From UHGV virus genome UHGV-0136707: a DNA stretch of 42,322 bases. One strand, 5' to 3'. The DNA comes from a virus. Under the pieces are notes generated by a model, which saw only the letters and a list, made by a program, of their open reading frames with translations, was not told the DNA's origin and ran no database searches. This document shows positions 31,421 to 40,668 of this stretch, one piece after another. How positions within the stretch are numbered: the first letter of the stretch is position 1; the number at the start of each line of letters is the position of its first letter. The translations under genes were made by a program, and so were the position numbers.

Positions 31421-31584
31421 CACTGATCCTTCGAGGCTGGTTTAAATATCGGCCATACCAATGTTACAGCTACTGCTACCAACGCCCCGTCGGATAAAAC
31501 CGACAGGATTGTGCTGGTGAAATCCACCAGCACAGATAGCACGAGAAAAACCAAAGCCAGAATTAGACGTGCTTTTATAACCAT
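31420..31584 (-). CDS. tciB: 54-aa hydrophobic peptide (tciB-like)
   Basis: Hand-translated MVIKARLILALVFLVLSVLVDFTSTILSVLSDGALVAVAVTLVWPIFKPASKDQ. Its ATG overlaps the tciA stop by 1 nt. Confidence 0.4.
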   Translation of the reverse strand: MVIKARLILALVFLVLSVLVDFTSTILSVLSDGALVAVAVTLVWPIFKPASKDQ

Positions 31585-32009
31585 CAGATATACTGTTCCA
31601 GTGGCAATTGAAGAGCCTGGGCAATTTTCTTCAATTGCTCCTGCTCTTCTGCCCCAATGCCATCCTGGTCAGCAATATCAATGCATAGGCACAGAACATC
31701 TACCGCATCATTAGTTCCAGACACGTCAGCCAGTTCACGTAAAGCCTGGGCATTCGCTCGGCGCGGCGAGGCTTCATATTGAGCGCGAATATTGGCGCTC
31801 ATCTGGGCAATTTCACCGGAGAACGGCGCAAAGGCAGGAAGTGCTGCAATGGTTTTTTCCAATACTGCAATTTCTTTCGCATCGCAGGTGCCGTCAGAGT
31901 ATGCAATGGAATATGCGCCCCAGACAGTCGCTTCCACCGCATCACGGTTTTCCATCTTCTTGACTCCGCCAGCCGCTTTGCGGAATTTCTTTTTGAGAAT
32001 GCCGAGCAT
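31584..32009 (-). CDS. tciA: TerB-like protein
   Basis: 141-aa ORF with TerB-type features (DG..D..E). First of three translationally coupled genes between the tRNA region and tRNA-CAU/ban. Confidence 0.7.
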   Translation of the reverse strand: MLGILKKKFRKAAGGVKKMENRDAVEATVWGAYSIAYSDGTCDAKEIAVLEKTIAALPAFAPFSGEIAQMSANIRAQYEASPRRANAQALRELADVSGTNDAVDVLCLCIDIADQDGIGAEEQEQLKKIAQALQLPLEQYI

Positions 32010-32189
32010 TTATTAACCTCATTACTGGTTGGGAAATAAGGTTGCGGTGCCGGGTGCCTCCCGGTGTCCTTTGGCTGGTTATCCACCGTGGACGGGGAAA
32101 TAAGGAGAAATAATGGACAGATATAACCATTTCCCCGCGTGCGCTTAGCCGCATTCACCGCAACGGAAAGAGCATTCCTGGTGGACCTG

Positions 32190-32935
32190 TAGATTGGGAT
32201 ATGAACCCGTTACAGGAGAATGCTCTTACCTGTTACGTGCTCCGTTTCGTGGAGCTAACGGCGGGTGATCGGGCCGCACCAGACTGGACTTATTTCAGCG
32301 TTATGCTCATGCCAGAGAATCAAACTGTGATGGTCGGTGCTGAACTCCGACACAGGGTTGTAGCAAGCCCCGCAAAGCGCGCACTACTGTAGTTGCGGCA
32401 CATCAGCCTGTGCATTCACCACAATGTTGAGAACACTGGTTGTCACGCTGCAACGCAACATTTATTCGTAGATTGGGATATGACCCCGTTACGCCAGTGT
32501 TCTCAACGTTGTAGTGCCGGTTACGGTTCCGGCCAGGCCTCTTCCTCAACGGGGTGTTCTCCATACGGACTACCGTTTATTGGTCGTTCCTGCGGTTTAT
32601 GTTGTGAAGCCAGATGCTTATCTTCTGGTTGCTTCAAAGAGCTGCACTTCATCACAACGGTAAGAGAACTCGATGCATTTAAGCCAAGCCCCATAAGGGA
32701 GAATGCCCTTACCTGTTGTGTTGTGATGACCGGTGCTGATCTCCGGCTTGCGGTTATTTCAGACTCTCACGGGCGTTTAATTGCCCCGCCGAACAGCTCT
32801 TTTCCGCAATAGCTGCAATGTCTTTCGCGCATCAGCCTGCGCATTCATCACAACGGTAAGGGTACTTCGTAGGGATTCGAACCCTCTGCCAAGCACGGCG
32901 ATCTCCGACGTCGCAAAATACCCTTACCTGTTGTG
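32190..32935. repeat. tRNA-like degenerate repeat region inside the tRNA-ban operon
   Basis: Direct repeats GTAGATTGGGATATGA(A/C)CCCGTTAC at about 32196 and 32468; CCCTTACCTGTTGTG-like copies at about 32226, 32707, 32921 (and 33364); CATCAGCCTG(T/C)GCATTCA(C/T)CACAA at 32402 and 32829; a T-arm-like GGGTTCGAATCCC on the minus strand at about 32865. Confidence 0.5.
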
Positions 32936-32936
32936 T

Positions 32937-33012
32937 TGGTGCCGATTAACGGACTCGAACCGCTGACATCCTGCTTACAAGGCAGGCGCTCTACCAACTG
33001 AGCTAAACCGGC
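32937..33012 (-). tRNA. tRNA-Thr (UGU)
   Basis: Hand-folded 76-nt cloverleaf: acceptor GCCGGTT/AATCGGC, anticodon arm CCTGC-CTTGTAA-GCAGG, T-loop GGTTCGAGTCC, 3' CCA encoded. Confidence 0.85.
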
Positions 33013-33014
33013 AT

Positions 33015-33090
33015 TGGCGATGGCGGATGGATTTGAACCATCGACCCGTTGATTAACAGTCAACCGCTCTAACCGCTGAGCTACACCATC
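33015..33090 (-). tRNA. tRNA-Asn (GUU)
   Basis: Hand-folded 76-nt cloverleaf: acceptor GATGGTG/CGCCATC, anticodon arm GTTGA-CTGTTAA-TCAAC, T-arm GATGG-TTCAAAT-CCATC, 3' GCCA encoded. Separated from tRNA-Thr by 2 nt. Confidence 0.85.
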
Positions 33091-33744
33091 ACTTGCCGGG
33101 TACGTCTCCGGCGAGGGCTTCCACCTCCGTATGCTTTTCGGCGCACCGCGCCCTGGCTGCAATTCGGTAACAGGGGATGCACAACCCTGGCTTCCAGCGT
33201 GATTAGCGCCTTCAGCATGACGGGATATACCCGTAAATTCGTGGAACTGTACCCAAAGTGCTGTTAAGCACCGCTGTTACGCTGAAAAGAAGACGCAACA
33301 GGAAAGGACGCTGACCAACAGATGGCCCCTTCTCGTTCATCTGGTTAATCACACCAGCGCCCTTACCTGTTGTGCCTCCCCGTTCCCTAATACACAGACG
33401 GGGACACTCTGCGGTCGATTTTTTGACGGGGGACGACTCATACCCCGTGGCGTCTGGCTTCTTAGGCCGCTACCATCATCAGATCATCGTTTGCATTTAC
33501 TTTAATGGTCAGTTTCTAAACCGCCGCAAAGTCGCTAACCATGACGAAAACCCTGAAAAAAACGCCCACCCGAAGATGGGCAAACTGGAAGCTCGTAACG
33601 CACTTCGGCGTTGCCACTTAGGCGCATGGTCAACCTGGCAACTCGGTGGTTTGTCTGGGAGGACTAGGCCCAGCCATGCTTACCGCCGCGCCTGTCGCGG
33701 CTAACAGCTAAATCGCTCTATAAATCACGATTCATTGAGGCGAT

Positions 33745-33772
33745 ATTACACTAATAAATTTATTAGAGCAAT
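33745..33772. promoter_or_regulatory. bipartite overlapping C1 operator upstream of the tRNA-tci-ban operon
   Basis: Perfect 17/17 operator in reverse orientation (33756-33772) overlapping a 15/17 forward copy (33745-33761). Sits at the dmt stop, upstream of the tRNA/ban transcription unit; P1 ban is known to be C1-controlled. Confidence 0.7.
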
Positions 33773-36027
33773 ATACCTAAAACGTCATGAGCAACACCTC
33801 GAGTGTCCCCCTTACAAGACACAGAACGTCTGGCAAAAAGAGGCTCCACTCTGAAGCCATTGTCATGATAAAGCTCTCTGATGTTTGGCGCGCCACTGTT
33901 AGTAATGAGAACCTTTGCACCTCGGCGATGAGCATCCGTCAACAGAGACACCAGGCGTTTTTGCTCTTCAAACTTAAAGTCATGACCGGAATAGTTCGTG
34001 AATCCCTCTGTATTTGGAAGCGGTTCATACGGCGGATCACAGAAGATGACATCTCCTTCTCCGGCAGCTTCAATCACCGCAGCAAAATCACCACATACAA
34101 ACTCAGAACACCCTTCCGCACCGAGGAAGGCTTCCATCTCCTGTAATGGGAAATACGGAGTTTTATACTTCCCATAACCGACATTGAACTCACCGGCCTG
34201 GTTGTAACGCGTCAATCCGTTAAAACAATGTCGGTTCAGGAACAAAAACGCCGCTGCGCGATGTAAATCATCATAGACTTGTTTGTTAAACGCATTCCGT
34301 ACTGCCAGGTATCCTTCCTGTGTGTTGTAGTCCTGGAAAAACCGACGCGCCAGTGTGATAAGTGAATGCGCCTCGCGTTGCAGAGTCTTGTAAAAGTTAA
34401 TCAGGTCAGCATTCACATCATTTAGCAGATTTTCCTGGTATCCGGCATTCGTGAAGACAGCTCCGCCACCGACAAAAGGTTCGATCAGGCGCTTCCCTTC
34501 TGGCAAATAGCGAAAGATTTGTTCCAGAACACCAAATTTTCCACCAGCCCATTTGAATATGGACCGTTCGAATTCTGCCGCTGGTTTAACTTTTCGCTCT
34601 TTTGTTTCACGCCCTTCATTCTGCCGACATGCAGCCTTGGTAATCCGCTCGCCAATCCAGCGCATTACTGGTATCGCCATACTATTGCCGATCGCTTTGT
34701 AACGCGGTCCGTCAGCTGCAAGCATCGCGGCCTCTTCTTCGCTTAAATCTGGATAGTGATTGCGCAGATATGCCAGTTCATCTGAATTAACTTTTTTACG
34801 CTTTTCCGTAGGGATCAACGTATGTCCATCAGGAAAACCTTGAAGTCTCTCACATTCGACAGGGGTAAGACGGCGGACAGCTACTTCTTCGTTTCTTACT
34901 TCATAGCAAACAGCAGTTGGATTTTGAGCCATTAGAGATGGTGAAGTATTCTTAGTTGCTGCATGTTGTGTACCACTCATACGCTCAGGAAAAGCCAATG
35001 TAACAAGATGCTCATGGCTTTCTTGCTCACGCGCCCGCAATGTACCATGCCCTTCTGACCAAAAACCTGCTCCAGTGCTGCTAAAAACGGCAAGGTCAGT
35101 GGCATCTTTAAAGTCTCTTGCCTTTACTGTCGATGCGGTTTCATCGTCAATATATTCCCCAAATGCCGCCATCCTGAAACCGTTTACGGCTTTCGTCGAT
35201 TTCATATCGGGGGACATGCCAGCGTGTAGGCATGGATTTAGGCTTTCGCCACTGATTGCAGCGCCATTTGCAGTAATGGCGGAAGCGATTTCCTTCTTTT
35301 TTCGGCTCGGCGCAATATTCCGGCGCACGCCTTCGAACTCAAAAAGTACCGTTGCGGGATCGAGGTCTGTTCGAGCACTTGCGACAACAAACACGCGTCG
35401 GCGTCGTTGTGCCACTCCGAAGTATTGGGCATCAAGGATTCTCCAGGCCACCTTTCGCTGCGGTCCATAAATACAACCACACTGCGGCCACTTTGGAGTA
35501 TGGCAACCGGTTTTGACATCCCACCGCCAGAACGTGTTACTTTTTCGTGATTCAGGTCGATCACCAGGTTCGAATGGCGCATCTTCTCCAGCCAATCCGG
35601 CAAGGAAACATCCGAACGCGTTGTCTGCTGATGACAGGACTCCTGGGACATTTTCCCAGACGATAACTGTCGGTTTGAGGAAGGACTCAGACCGTTTGTC
35701 GTCAATTGCATTTGCAAGCTCCACATACTTCAAAGTTAGCGCGCCGCGTTCATCATCAAGCCCACCACGTAAGCCCGCGATACTGAATGCCTGACAAGGC
35801 GTACCCCCGACGAGCACATCAGGGGCTTCAATTTCTCCGGTCTGGACTTTTTGGGCGAGTTTTGTCATGTCGCCAAGGTTCGCGACATGGGGCCAGCGGT
35901 GCGCAAGAACGGCAGATGGAAAAGACTCGATTTCAGCAAACCACGCCGGACGCATACCCAACGGTTCCCAGGCAATACTCGCGGCTTCAATTCCACTGCA
36001 AACAGATCCATAGCACAGCTCTTTCAC
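33763..36027 (-). CDS. dmt: Dmt, bifunctional DNA methyltransferase (C5-cytosine and N6-adenine)
   Basis: 754-aa ORF starting with GTG. N-terminal half has C5-MTase motifs (..[12 protein letters not shown].. with catalytic PC, and ENV); C-terminal half has an N6-MTase DPPY motif (FCDPPYEP). Confidence 0.88.
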   Translation of the reverse strand: MKELCYGSVCSGIEAASIAWEPLGMRPAWFAEIESFPSAVLAHRWPHVANLGDMTKLAQKVQTGEIEAPDVLVGGTPCQAFSIAGLRGGLDDERGALTLKYVELANAIDDKRSESFLKPTVIVWENVPGVLSSADNAFGCFLAGLAGEDAPFEPGDRPESRKSNTFWRWDVKTGCHTPKWPQCGCIYGPQRKVAWRILDAQYFGVAQRRRRVFVVASARTDLDPATVLFEFEGVRRNIAPSRKKKEIASAITANGAAISGESLNPCLHAGMSPDMKSTKAVNGFRMAAFGEYIDDETASTVKARDFKDATDLAVFSSTGAGFWSEGHGTLRAREQESHEHLVTLAFPERMSGTQHAATKNTSPSLMAQNPTAVCYEVRNEEVAVRRLTPVECERLQGFPDGHTLIPTEKRKKVNSDELAYLRNHYPDLSEEEAAMLAADGPRYKAIGNSMAIPVMRWIGERITKAACRQNEGRETKERKVKPAAEFERSIFKWAGGKFGVLEQIFRYLPEGKRLIEPFVGGGAVFTNAGYQENLLNDVNADLINFYKTLQREAHSLITLARRFFQDYNTQEGYLAVRNAFNKQVYDDLHRAAAFLFLNRHCFNGLTRYNQAGEFNVGYGKYKTPYFPLQEMEAFLGAEGCSEFVCGDFAAVIEAAGEGDVIFCDPPYEPLPNTEGFTNYSGHDFKFEEQKRLVSLLTDAHRRGAKVLITNSGAPNIRELYHDNGFRVEPLFARRSVSCKGDTRGVAHDVLGILL

Positions 36028-36929
36028 TGCTTAGCCTCTCCACCAAGGGCATTTACCAGAGCATCAACCAGGCACGAAATTTCACTGGTCAACAGGAAGA
36101 AATCTGCGTCCAGTCGCTGCGCAACATCTTCACTATCAATATCAGAGTTCTGCTCAAGCAATTCATCCGCAAATTTGACGCTGGTAAGGCTGAAGTTATG
36201 GTCCAGTGTAAATTTAATGCGGTTCTGCCAGTCGAGTGCCAACTTAGTGACGAGCTTGCCAGCTTCCAGGTGTGTGGAAATTTCATCGCTTCCCAAATCC
36301 TGCTTTTTCACTCGGGCAATACCGCCATCCTCAAGCACTGCCTTAAGTTCTGCCGCATCCCCCATTTGAAATCCCTGTGGAGCACTACCATCACGTACCC
36401 AGTCGGTCAGCGTTAATTCAATGGGATTTTCAACACTCAGGGGAACAACAGGAAGAGAACCCAGAGACTTACGCATAAGCGCGAGCATATCCTCAGCCTG
36501 CCGCGCGCTGGCATTGATATAGATACGTTTAGTTGAACCGTCGTAGATCGCCTGGATAACAGAAAACTTTGAAAAAGCCCGTGGCAGAAGAGAATGCAGA
36601 ACTTCGTCTTTCAGGGAGTCCTTCTCTGTTTTCTTCAGTTTACGCGCTTGTTCTTGCTCAAGTTTTTCAATTTTTTCTTGAATAGCTCGCTGGATAACCG
36701 GCGGGGGAAGAATTTTTGTTTCGCGCTTTGCTTCAACAAGGATAAAACCATTTCCATGCATAGCGATAACTTCGGAATTATCACCAAATGGCGATACAAA
36801 ACCGAACTTGGCCATATCCTGACTACCGCATGGCGTGAAAAGGATCATTTTCTTTTTATCTTCTAAGTCGGTCAGATCCGCCTCACGAGAAAGTTTATAA
36901 ATAGTAATGTTTTTCCAGTGCTTAAACAT
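36024..36929 (-). CDS. hrdC: RdgC-like recombination-associated protein
   Basis: N-terminus [13 protein letters not shown] resembles RdgC. Start placed at the internal ATG (36929), 5 nt after the uhr stop; the track ORF extends to a TTG at 37043 in a frame overlapping uhr. Stop overlaps the dmt GTG start. Confidence 0.75.
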   Translation of the reverse strand: MFKHWKNITIYKLSREADLTDLEDKKKMILFTPCGSQDMAKFGFVSPFGDNSEVIAMHGNGFILVEAKRETKILPPPVIQRAIQEKIEKLEQEQARKLKKTEKDSLKDEVLHSLLPRAFSKFSVIQAIYDGSTKRIYINASARQAEDMLALMRKSLGSLPVVPLSVENPIELTLTDWVRDGSAPQGFQMGDAAELKAVLEDGGIARVKKQDLGSDEISTHLEAGKLVTKLALDWQNRIKFTLDHNFSLTSVKFADELLEQNSDIDSEDVAQRLDADFFLLTSEISCLVDALVNALGGEAKQ

Positions 36930-37278
36930 GTTGTAACCCTTGAATATCAACCACAGAAAGCTCGTCTTTGTAGAAAAAGGCCAGGTTGTGGCACCCCCTC
37001 GTTTGAGCGTATGAGCTGGGACCAATTTCGTTCTTCCAGACAAATGGCTTCAAATCCGTACGGCGAAGCATAAAAACGCGATTTGTTCCGCTCTGATTCC
37101 CAATGAGGCAAAAGCCTTCTTTCACCTTGATAGCCTGCAAGTTGTCGAGTTCACCGCTGGTTACACGGCTATCGAACTCCTTGCGGCTTATTAGCTCCAT
37201 CTGCATCTGACGACTCCAAACAAATGCCCATTGAAGGGCGATGGCTGAATGGTACCGAAAACACGACATAAAAAACAA
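36922..37278 (-). CDS. uhr: hypothetical protein upstream of hrdC
   Basis: 118-aa ORF (start may be internal). An operator-like 17-mer lies at its 5' end. Confidence 0.45.
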   Translation of the reverse strand: MFFMSCFRYHSAIALQWAFVWSRQMQMELISRKEFDSRVTSGELDNLQAIKVKEGFCLIGNQSGTNRVFMLRRTDLKPFVWKNEIGPSSYAQTRGCHNLAFFYKDELSVVDIQGLQHV

Positions 37279-37294
37279 TATTTATTAGAGCAAT
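37278..37294 (-). promoter_or_regulatory. C1-operator-like site between uhr and the PAAR operon
   Basis: 16/17 match (ATATTTATTAGAGCAAT reverse) in the divergent region. Confidence 0.6.
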
Positions 37295-37375
37295 TTTATA
37301 ATAAGTAAACGCCATGCAGACCACAAACAACCTAAGTTAAAATAACGAAAATCAGAGCAAATCATTGGTGATAAC

Positions 37376-37660
37376 GTGGCAAGTATTGCAACAAAAGACA
37401 GCATTTGTTCGGGGCACGGAGGATTCCCATCCAGGCCTCCTGTAGAGAGTGAACCATTACTTAAAGTCAACGGAGTAGAAGTGTTAGTTGATGGTAAGCA
37501 ATATGCACAGCATACCGATGGAAACAGTACGCACGGTGGGCAAGCTATATCAACCAGGGCATGGTTTACCGTCAATGGTAAAGGGGTCGTATGCGTTGGT
37601 GACCCTGTTTCATGCGGCTCTACCGTAGCATCAGGAGACGGCCTAGTTCAGGTAAGTTAG
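37376..37660 (+). CDS. upfC: PAAR-like spike-tip protein
   Basis: 94-aa ORF starting with GTG. Gly/Val-rich beta-repeat pattern with conserved Cys/His (CSGHGG...THGG...CVGDPVSCGSTVASGDG) typical of PAAR domains. Symbol from remembered P1 order. Confidence 0.5.
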   Translation: MASIATKDSICSGHGGFPSRPPVESEPLLKVNGVEVLVDGKQYAQHTDGNSTHGGQAISTRAWFTVNGKGVVCVGDPVSCGSTVASGDGLVQVS

Positions 37661-37668
37661 GAGATATC

Positions 37669-38457
37669 ATGCTGGAAAAAGACTACCAGTTATCCGCATA
37701 TAAAAAATTGGCCGCCGCCGGTGGGATGAAAACACCTGGTGCCATAACATCGGCACGAAACAGTGCTAACACGGCAAAACAGCTTGCAGAAGAATTGACC
37801 GGATTAATTTTGGATACAATTGTCTATCCCGACACTATTACCAGCTATGTTTCGACGATCAGAACAACCATAACCGGCTTAACGAACATTGGAGAACTGG
37901 CAACTAAGCACGCGGACCTGTTGGCTGGTTATGCAGATCTGTCAATGCTGCTTCAACTCGATATTGGTTGGGATGTTTACTGCCGTGCTAATGAGCGAGA
38001 AGTATCAGAACTGCCGATCTCTATTGCCATTGGTGATGTGAATATTACTAAATCGCTTGAGGACGCTGTTAACGCGCTTAATACATCAAGTTTAGTCGCT
38101 GCTATGGGGGAGATTAACCAGACCCTTAACACTGGCTCAGGAAGCTCGTCAGACTCTGGTTCAGGCGGCGGAACTGCCACTCCCCCACCAGCACTAACAG
38201 AAGAACAAATTGAATCTCTGAAAGTAGCAACTGAACAGTTTGGGGTTGTTTTCAACCGGACAACAGCGCCCACAACTGCGTTACAACAGCAGTATGAACG
38301 AGCGAATGAAAGCGCCAACGTAGCCATAACTGCTTATAACCATGCTATCGGTACTGCGCTTGCGGAAGCATCAGCAAATAAGGCCAGCACAGCCAGCGCA
38401 GTCGCCGCTTTGGTTCCTGATTCTGTTCTTGATGAATTAAACAAAGCGGCACAGTAA
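37669..38457 (+). CDS. upfB: hypothetical protein with Ser/Gly-rich linker
   Basis: Start at ATG 37669 with a GGAGAT Shine-Dalgarno (the track ORF starts earlier and overlaps the PAAR gene). Central GSGSSSDSGSGGG linker. Confidence 0.5.
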   Translation: MLEKDYQLSAYKKLAAAGGMKTPGAITSARNSANTAKQLAEELTGLILDTIVYPDTITSYVSTIRTTITGLTNIGELATKHADLLAGYADLSMLLQLDIGWDVYCRANEREVSELPISIAIGDVNITKSLEDAVNALNTSSLVAAMGEINQTLNTGSGSSSDSGSGGGTATPPPALTEEQIESLKVATEQFGVVFNRTTAPTTALQQQYERANESANVAITAYNHAIGTALAEASANKASTASAVAALVPDSVLDELNKAAQ

Positions 38458-38496
38458 CAAAGGACTTCATTGATAATTTTTCTTCAGGAGGAAGAC

Positions 38497-38919
38497 ATGT
38501 CATTCTTTTCTACGTTAAAAACAGCTTTGTCTTTGAAGGAGAAACTTGCTGCTACTGGTGTTCTTGTTCTGATTTGCGCACTTGTTGGTGCTGGGTTTGC
38601 ATGGGAACGTCATCAGCTAAAGCAAGCCATGGAGAAAATTGGCAGTCTTGATCAGGCTGTTAAGGAACGTGATAAGTCCATAATGGATCTTAACCAGACC
38701 ATTGAGACGATGAACAAAGCAGAGCAACATTTTCACAGCCAGGAAGTGAAAAATGAATCAGAACAAGCCAAGTATGCTGACAGGCAAATGGAACGAAAAG
38801 CAGAAGTTCAGAAACAACTGGTTGCGGCGGGTAATGTTCGCCAGCGCATTCCTGCTGACACTCAGCGGTTGCTCCGGGAGTCGATCAGCGAATTTAACGC
38901 CGACGCCGACAAAGGTTAA
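38497..38919 (+). CDS. ppfA: i-spanin-like protein (N-terminal TM plus periplasmic coiled coil)
   Basis: Start at ATG 38497 with an AGGAGGAAG Shine-Dalgarno. Single N-terminal TM segment (LAATGVLVLICALVGAGFAW) then a coiled-coil-prone region. Confidence 0.5.
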   Translation: MSFFSTLKTALSLKEKLAATGVLVLICALVGAGFAWERHQLKQAMEKIGSLDQAVKERDKSIMDLNQTIETMNKAEQHFHSQEVKNESEQAKYADRQMERKAEVQKQLVAAGNVRQRIPADTQRLLRESISEFNADADKG

Positions 38920-39085
38920 CCACCCTGCCCCCAAAAGTGCGTTTATGTGCAGGATGCCAGAGTTTAGCAGTGAATATTTTGATGATCTGCCAGCGTATAT
39001 CCTCGATACAGAAACGATGCTGATGGGGATTAACAGGAAGAATCGCAACGTTAATGATTACAACCGCGCTATCAGCGGTAACTAA
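38753..39085 (+). CDS. mlp: lipoprotein (o-spanin-like), overlapping ppfA in another frame
   Basis: Lipobox LTLSGC preceded by a hydrophobic stretch. The ORF starts inside ppfA and runs 166 nt past its stop. True start is uncertain (ATG at 38753, 38774 or 38834). Confidence 0.5.
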   Translation: MNQNKPSMLTGKWNEKQKFRNNWLRRVMFASAFLLTLSGCSGSRSANLTPTPTKVNHPAPKSAFMCRMPEFSSEYFDDLPAYILDTETMLMGINRKNRNVNDYNRAISGN

Positions 39086-39096
39086 AAGGGATTTTT

Positions 39097-39489
39097 ATGT
39101 CTGATAAAGTAACAGTAAAGCAAACTATCAACAAAGCGACTTCAATCTACAAAATTGAGCACATCACTGTTGGCAAGCCAGGATCTGAACAATACCGTCA
39201 TGCTTTCGAGCTTGCCGATCAGCTTGGTTTAAAACACCCGGATTGCATCGAGCATGTATTTCCGATCTATGCTGATGAGCAATGTACTCATGTTCTTACC
39301 GAAGAGGATTTTTTCAGTACTGAAGAACGAGAAGGCGTTGATCGCTGCATTGGTGTGATTTGCTCTTCAGTGAGTTATGAGTTATTCCCTAATGTCCATG
39401 AAAATGGTGGTATTGGATACCAATTCCTGTACGAAGGCGATGAGCTTAAATGTTATGAACATGGCCTTCTCATCGAAAGCGTAGAATAA
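39097..39489 (+). CDS. upfA: hypothetical protein
   Basis: 130-aa ORF, last gene of the operon, followed by an intrinsic terminator and then oriR. Confidence 0.5.
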   Translation: MSDKVTVKQTINKATSIYKIEHITVGKPGSEQYRHAFELADQLGLKHPDCIEHVFPIYADEQCTHVLTEEDFFSTEEREGVDRCIGVICSSVSYELFPNVHENGGIGYQFLYEGDELKCYEHGLLIESVE

Positions 39490-39503
39490 TACGGCTTCCT
39501 TCC

Positions 39504-39527
39504 AACCGGCTTTGTTGGCCGGTTTTT
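39504..39527 (+). terminator. intrinsic terminator after the upfA operon
   Basis: AACCGGC-loop-GCCGGTT followed by a T-run, 15 bp after the upfA stop. Confidence 0.6.
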
Positions 39528-39530
39528 CAC

Positions 39531-39610
39531 TTATCCACATTATCCACTGGATAGATCCAATAATTAGGTCCATACAGATCCCAATTAGATCCATATAGAT
39601 CCCTGATCGT
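39531..39610. other. oriR: oriR replication origin core: DnaA boxes and GATC heptamer repeats
   Basis: Tandem DnaA boxes TTATCCACA and TTATCCACT (39531-39548) followed by five GATC sites within about 55 bp (39554-39608). A third DnaA-like box CTATCCACA lies at 39781-39789. Confidence 0.8.
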
Positions 39611-39647
39611 TGCAGGCCGCGCCACGTCTGGCTTAGAAGTGTATCAC

Positions 39648-39750
39648 GATGTGTGCTGGAGGGAAAACGATGTGTGCTGGAGGGATAAAAATGTGTGCTG
39701 ACGGGTTGCTAATGTGTGCTGGCGGGATATAGGATGTGTGCTGACGGGAA
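39648..39750 (+). repeat. incC: incC: five direct 19-bp RepA iterons
   Basis: GATGTGTGCTGGAGGGAAA-like copies starting at 39648, 39669, 39690, 39711 and 39732 (21-bp periodicity), directly upstream of repA. Confidence 0.9.
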
Positions 39751-39807
39751 AGCCTGGGTAGTTATCACCGCTTATAAAAACTATCCACATAATTCGGAAA
39801 AAGTAAT

Positions 39808-40668
39808 ATGAATCAATCTTTTATCTCCGATATTCTTTACGCAGACATTGAAAGTAAGGCAAAAGAATTAACAGTTAATTCAAACAACACTGTGCAGCCT
39901 GTAGCGTTGATGCGCTTGGGGGTATTCGTGCCGAAGCCATCAAAGAGCAAAGGAGAAAGTAAAGAGATTGATGCCACCAAAGCGTTTTCCCAGCTGGAGA
40001 TAGCTAAAGCAGAAGGTTACGATGACATTAAAATCACCGGTCCTCGACTCGATATGGATACTGATTTCAAAACGTGGATCGGTGTTATCTACGCGTTCAG
40101 CAAATACGGCTTGTCCTCAAACACCATCCAGTTATCGTTTCAGGAATTCGCTAAAGCCTGCGGTTTCCCCTCAAAACGTCTGGATGCGAAACTGCGTTTA
40201 ACCATTCATGAATCACTTGGCCGCTTGCGTAACAAGGGTATCGCTTTTAAGCGTGGTAAAGATGCTAAAGGTGGCTACCAGACTGGTCTGTTGAAGGTCG
40301 GACGTTTCGATGCTGACCTCGATCTGATCGAGCTGGAAGCCGACTCGAAGCTGTGGGAGCTGTTCCAGCTTGATTATCGCGTCCTGTTGCAGCACCACGC
40401 CTTGCGTGCCCTTCCGAAGAAAGAAGCTGCACAAGCCATTTACACTTTTATCGAAAGCCTTCCGCAGAATCCGTTGCCGCTATCGTTCGCGCGAATCCGT
40501 GAGCGCCTGGCTTTGCAGTCAGCTGTTGGCGAGCAAAACCGTATCATTAAGAAAGCGATAGAACAGCTTAAAACAATCGGCTATCTCGACTGTTCAATTG
40601 AGAAGAAAGGCCGGGAAAGTTTTGTAATCGTCCATTCTCGCAATCCAAAGCTGAAACTCCCCGAATAA
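39808..40668 (+). CDS. repA: RepA, iteron-binding plasmid replication initiator
   Basis: 286-aa ORF flanked upstream by five 19-bp iterons and downstream by nine; the classic P1 R-replicon arrangement. Confidence 0.92.
   Translation: MNQSFISDILYADIESKAKELTVNSNNTVQPVALMRLGVFVPKPSKSKGESKEIDATKAFSQLEIAKAEGYDDIKITGPRLDMDTDFKTWIGVIYAFSKYGLSSNTIQLSFQEFAKACGFPSKRLDAKLRLTIHESLGRLRNKGIAFKRGKDAKGGYQTGLLKVGRFDADLDLIELEADSKLWELFQLDYRVLLQHHALRALPKKEAAQAIYTFIESLPQNPLPLSFARIRERLALQSAVGEQNRIIKKAIEQLKTIGYLDCSIEKKGRESFVIVHSRNPKLKLPE

Noticed and set aside
32201-32812. Plus-strand ORFs of 63 and 139 aa (Cys-rich) in the tRNA-tci interval
   Set aside because: Opposite strand to the operon, no ribosome-binding sites, and they run through the tRNA-like repeats; composition looks like chance open frames.
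32848-33162. Minus-strand 104-aa ORF
   Set aside because: It overlaps the tRNA-Thr and tRNA-Asn genes; a read-through frame, not a gene.
34519-36416. ORFs of 75-209 aa overlapping dmt and hrdC on the plus strand
   Set aside because: Antisense shadow ORFs within long, well-supported genes.
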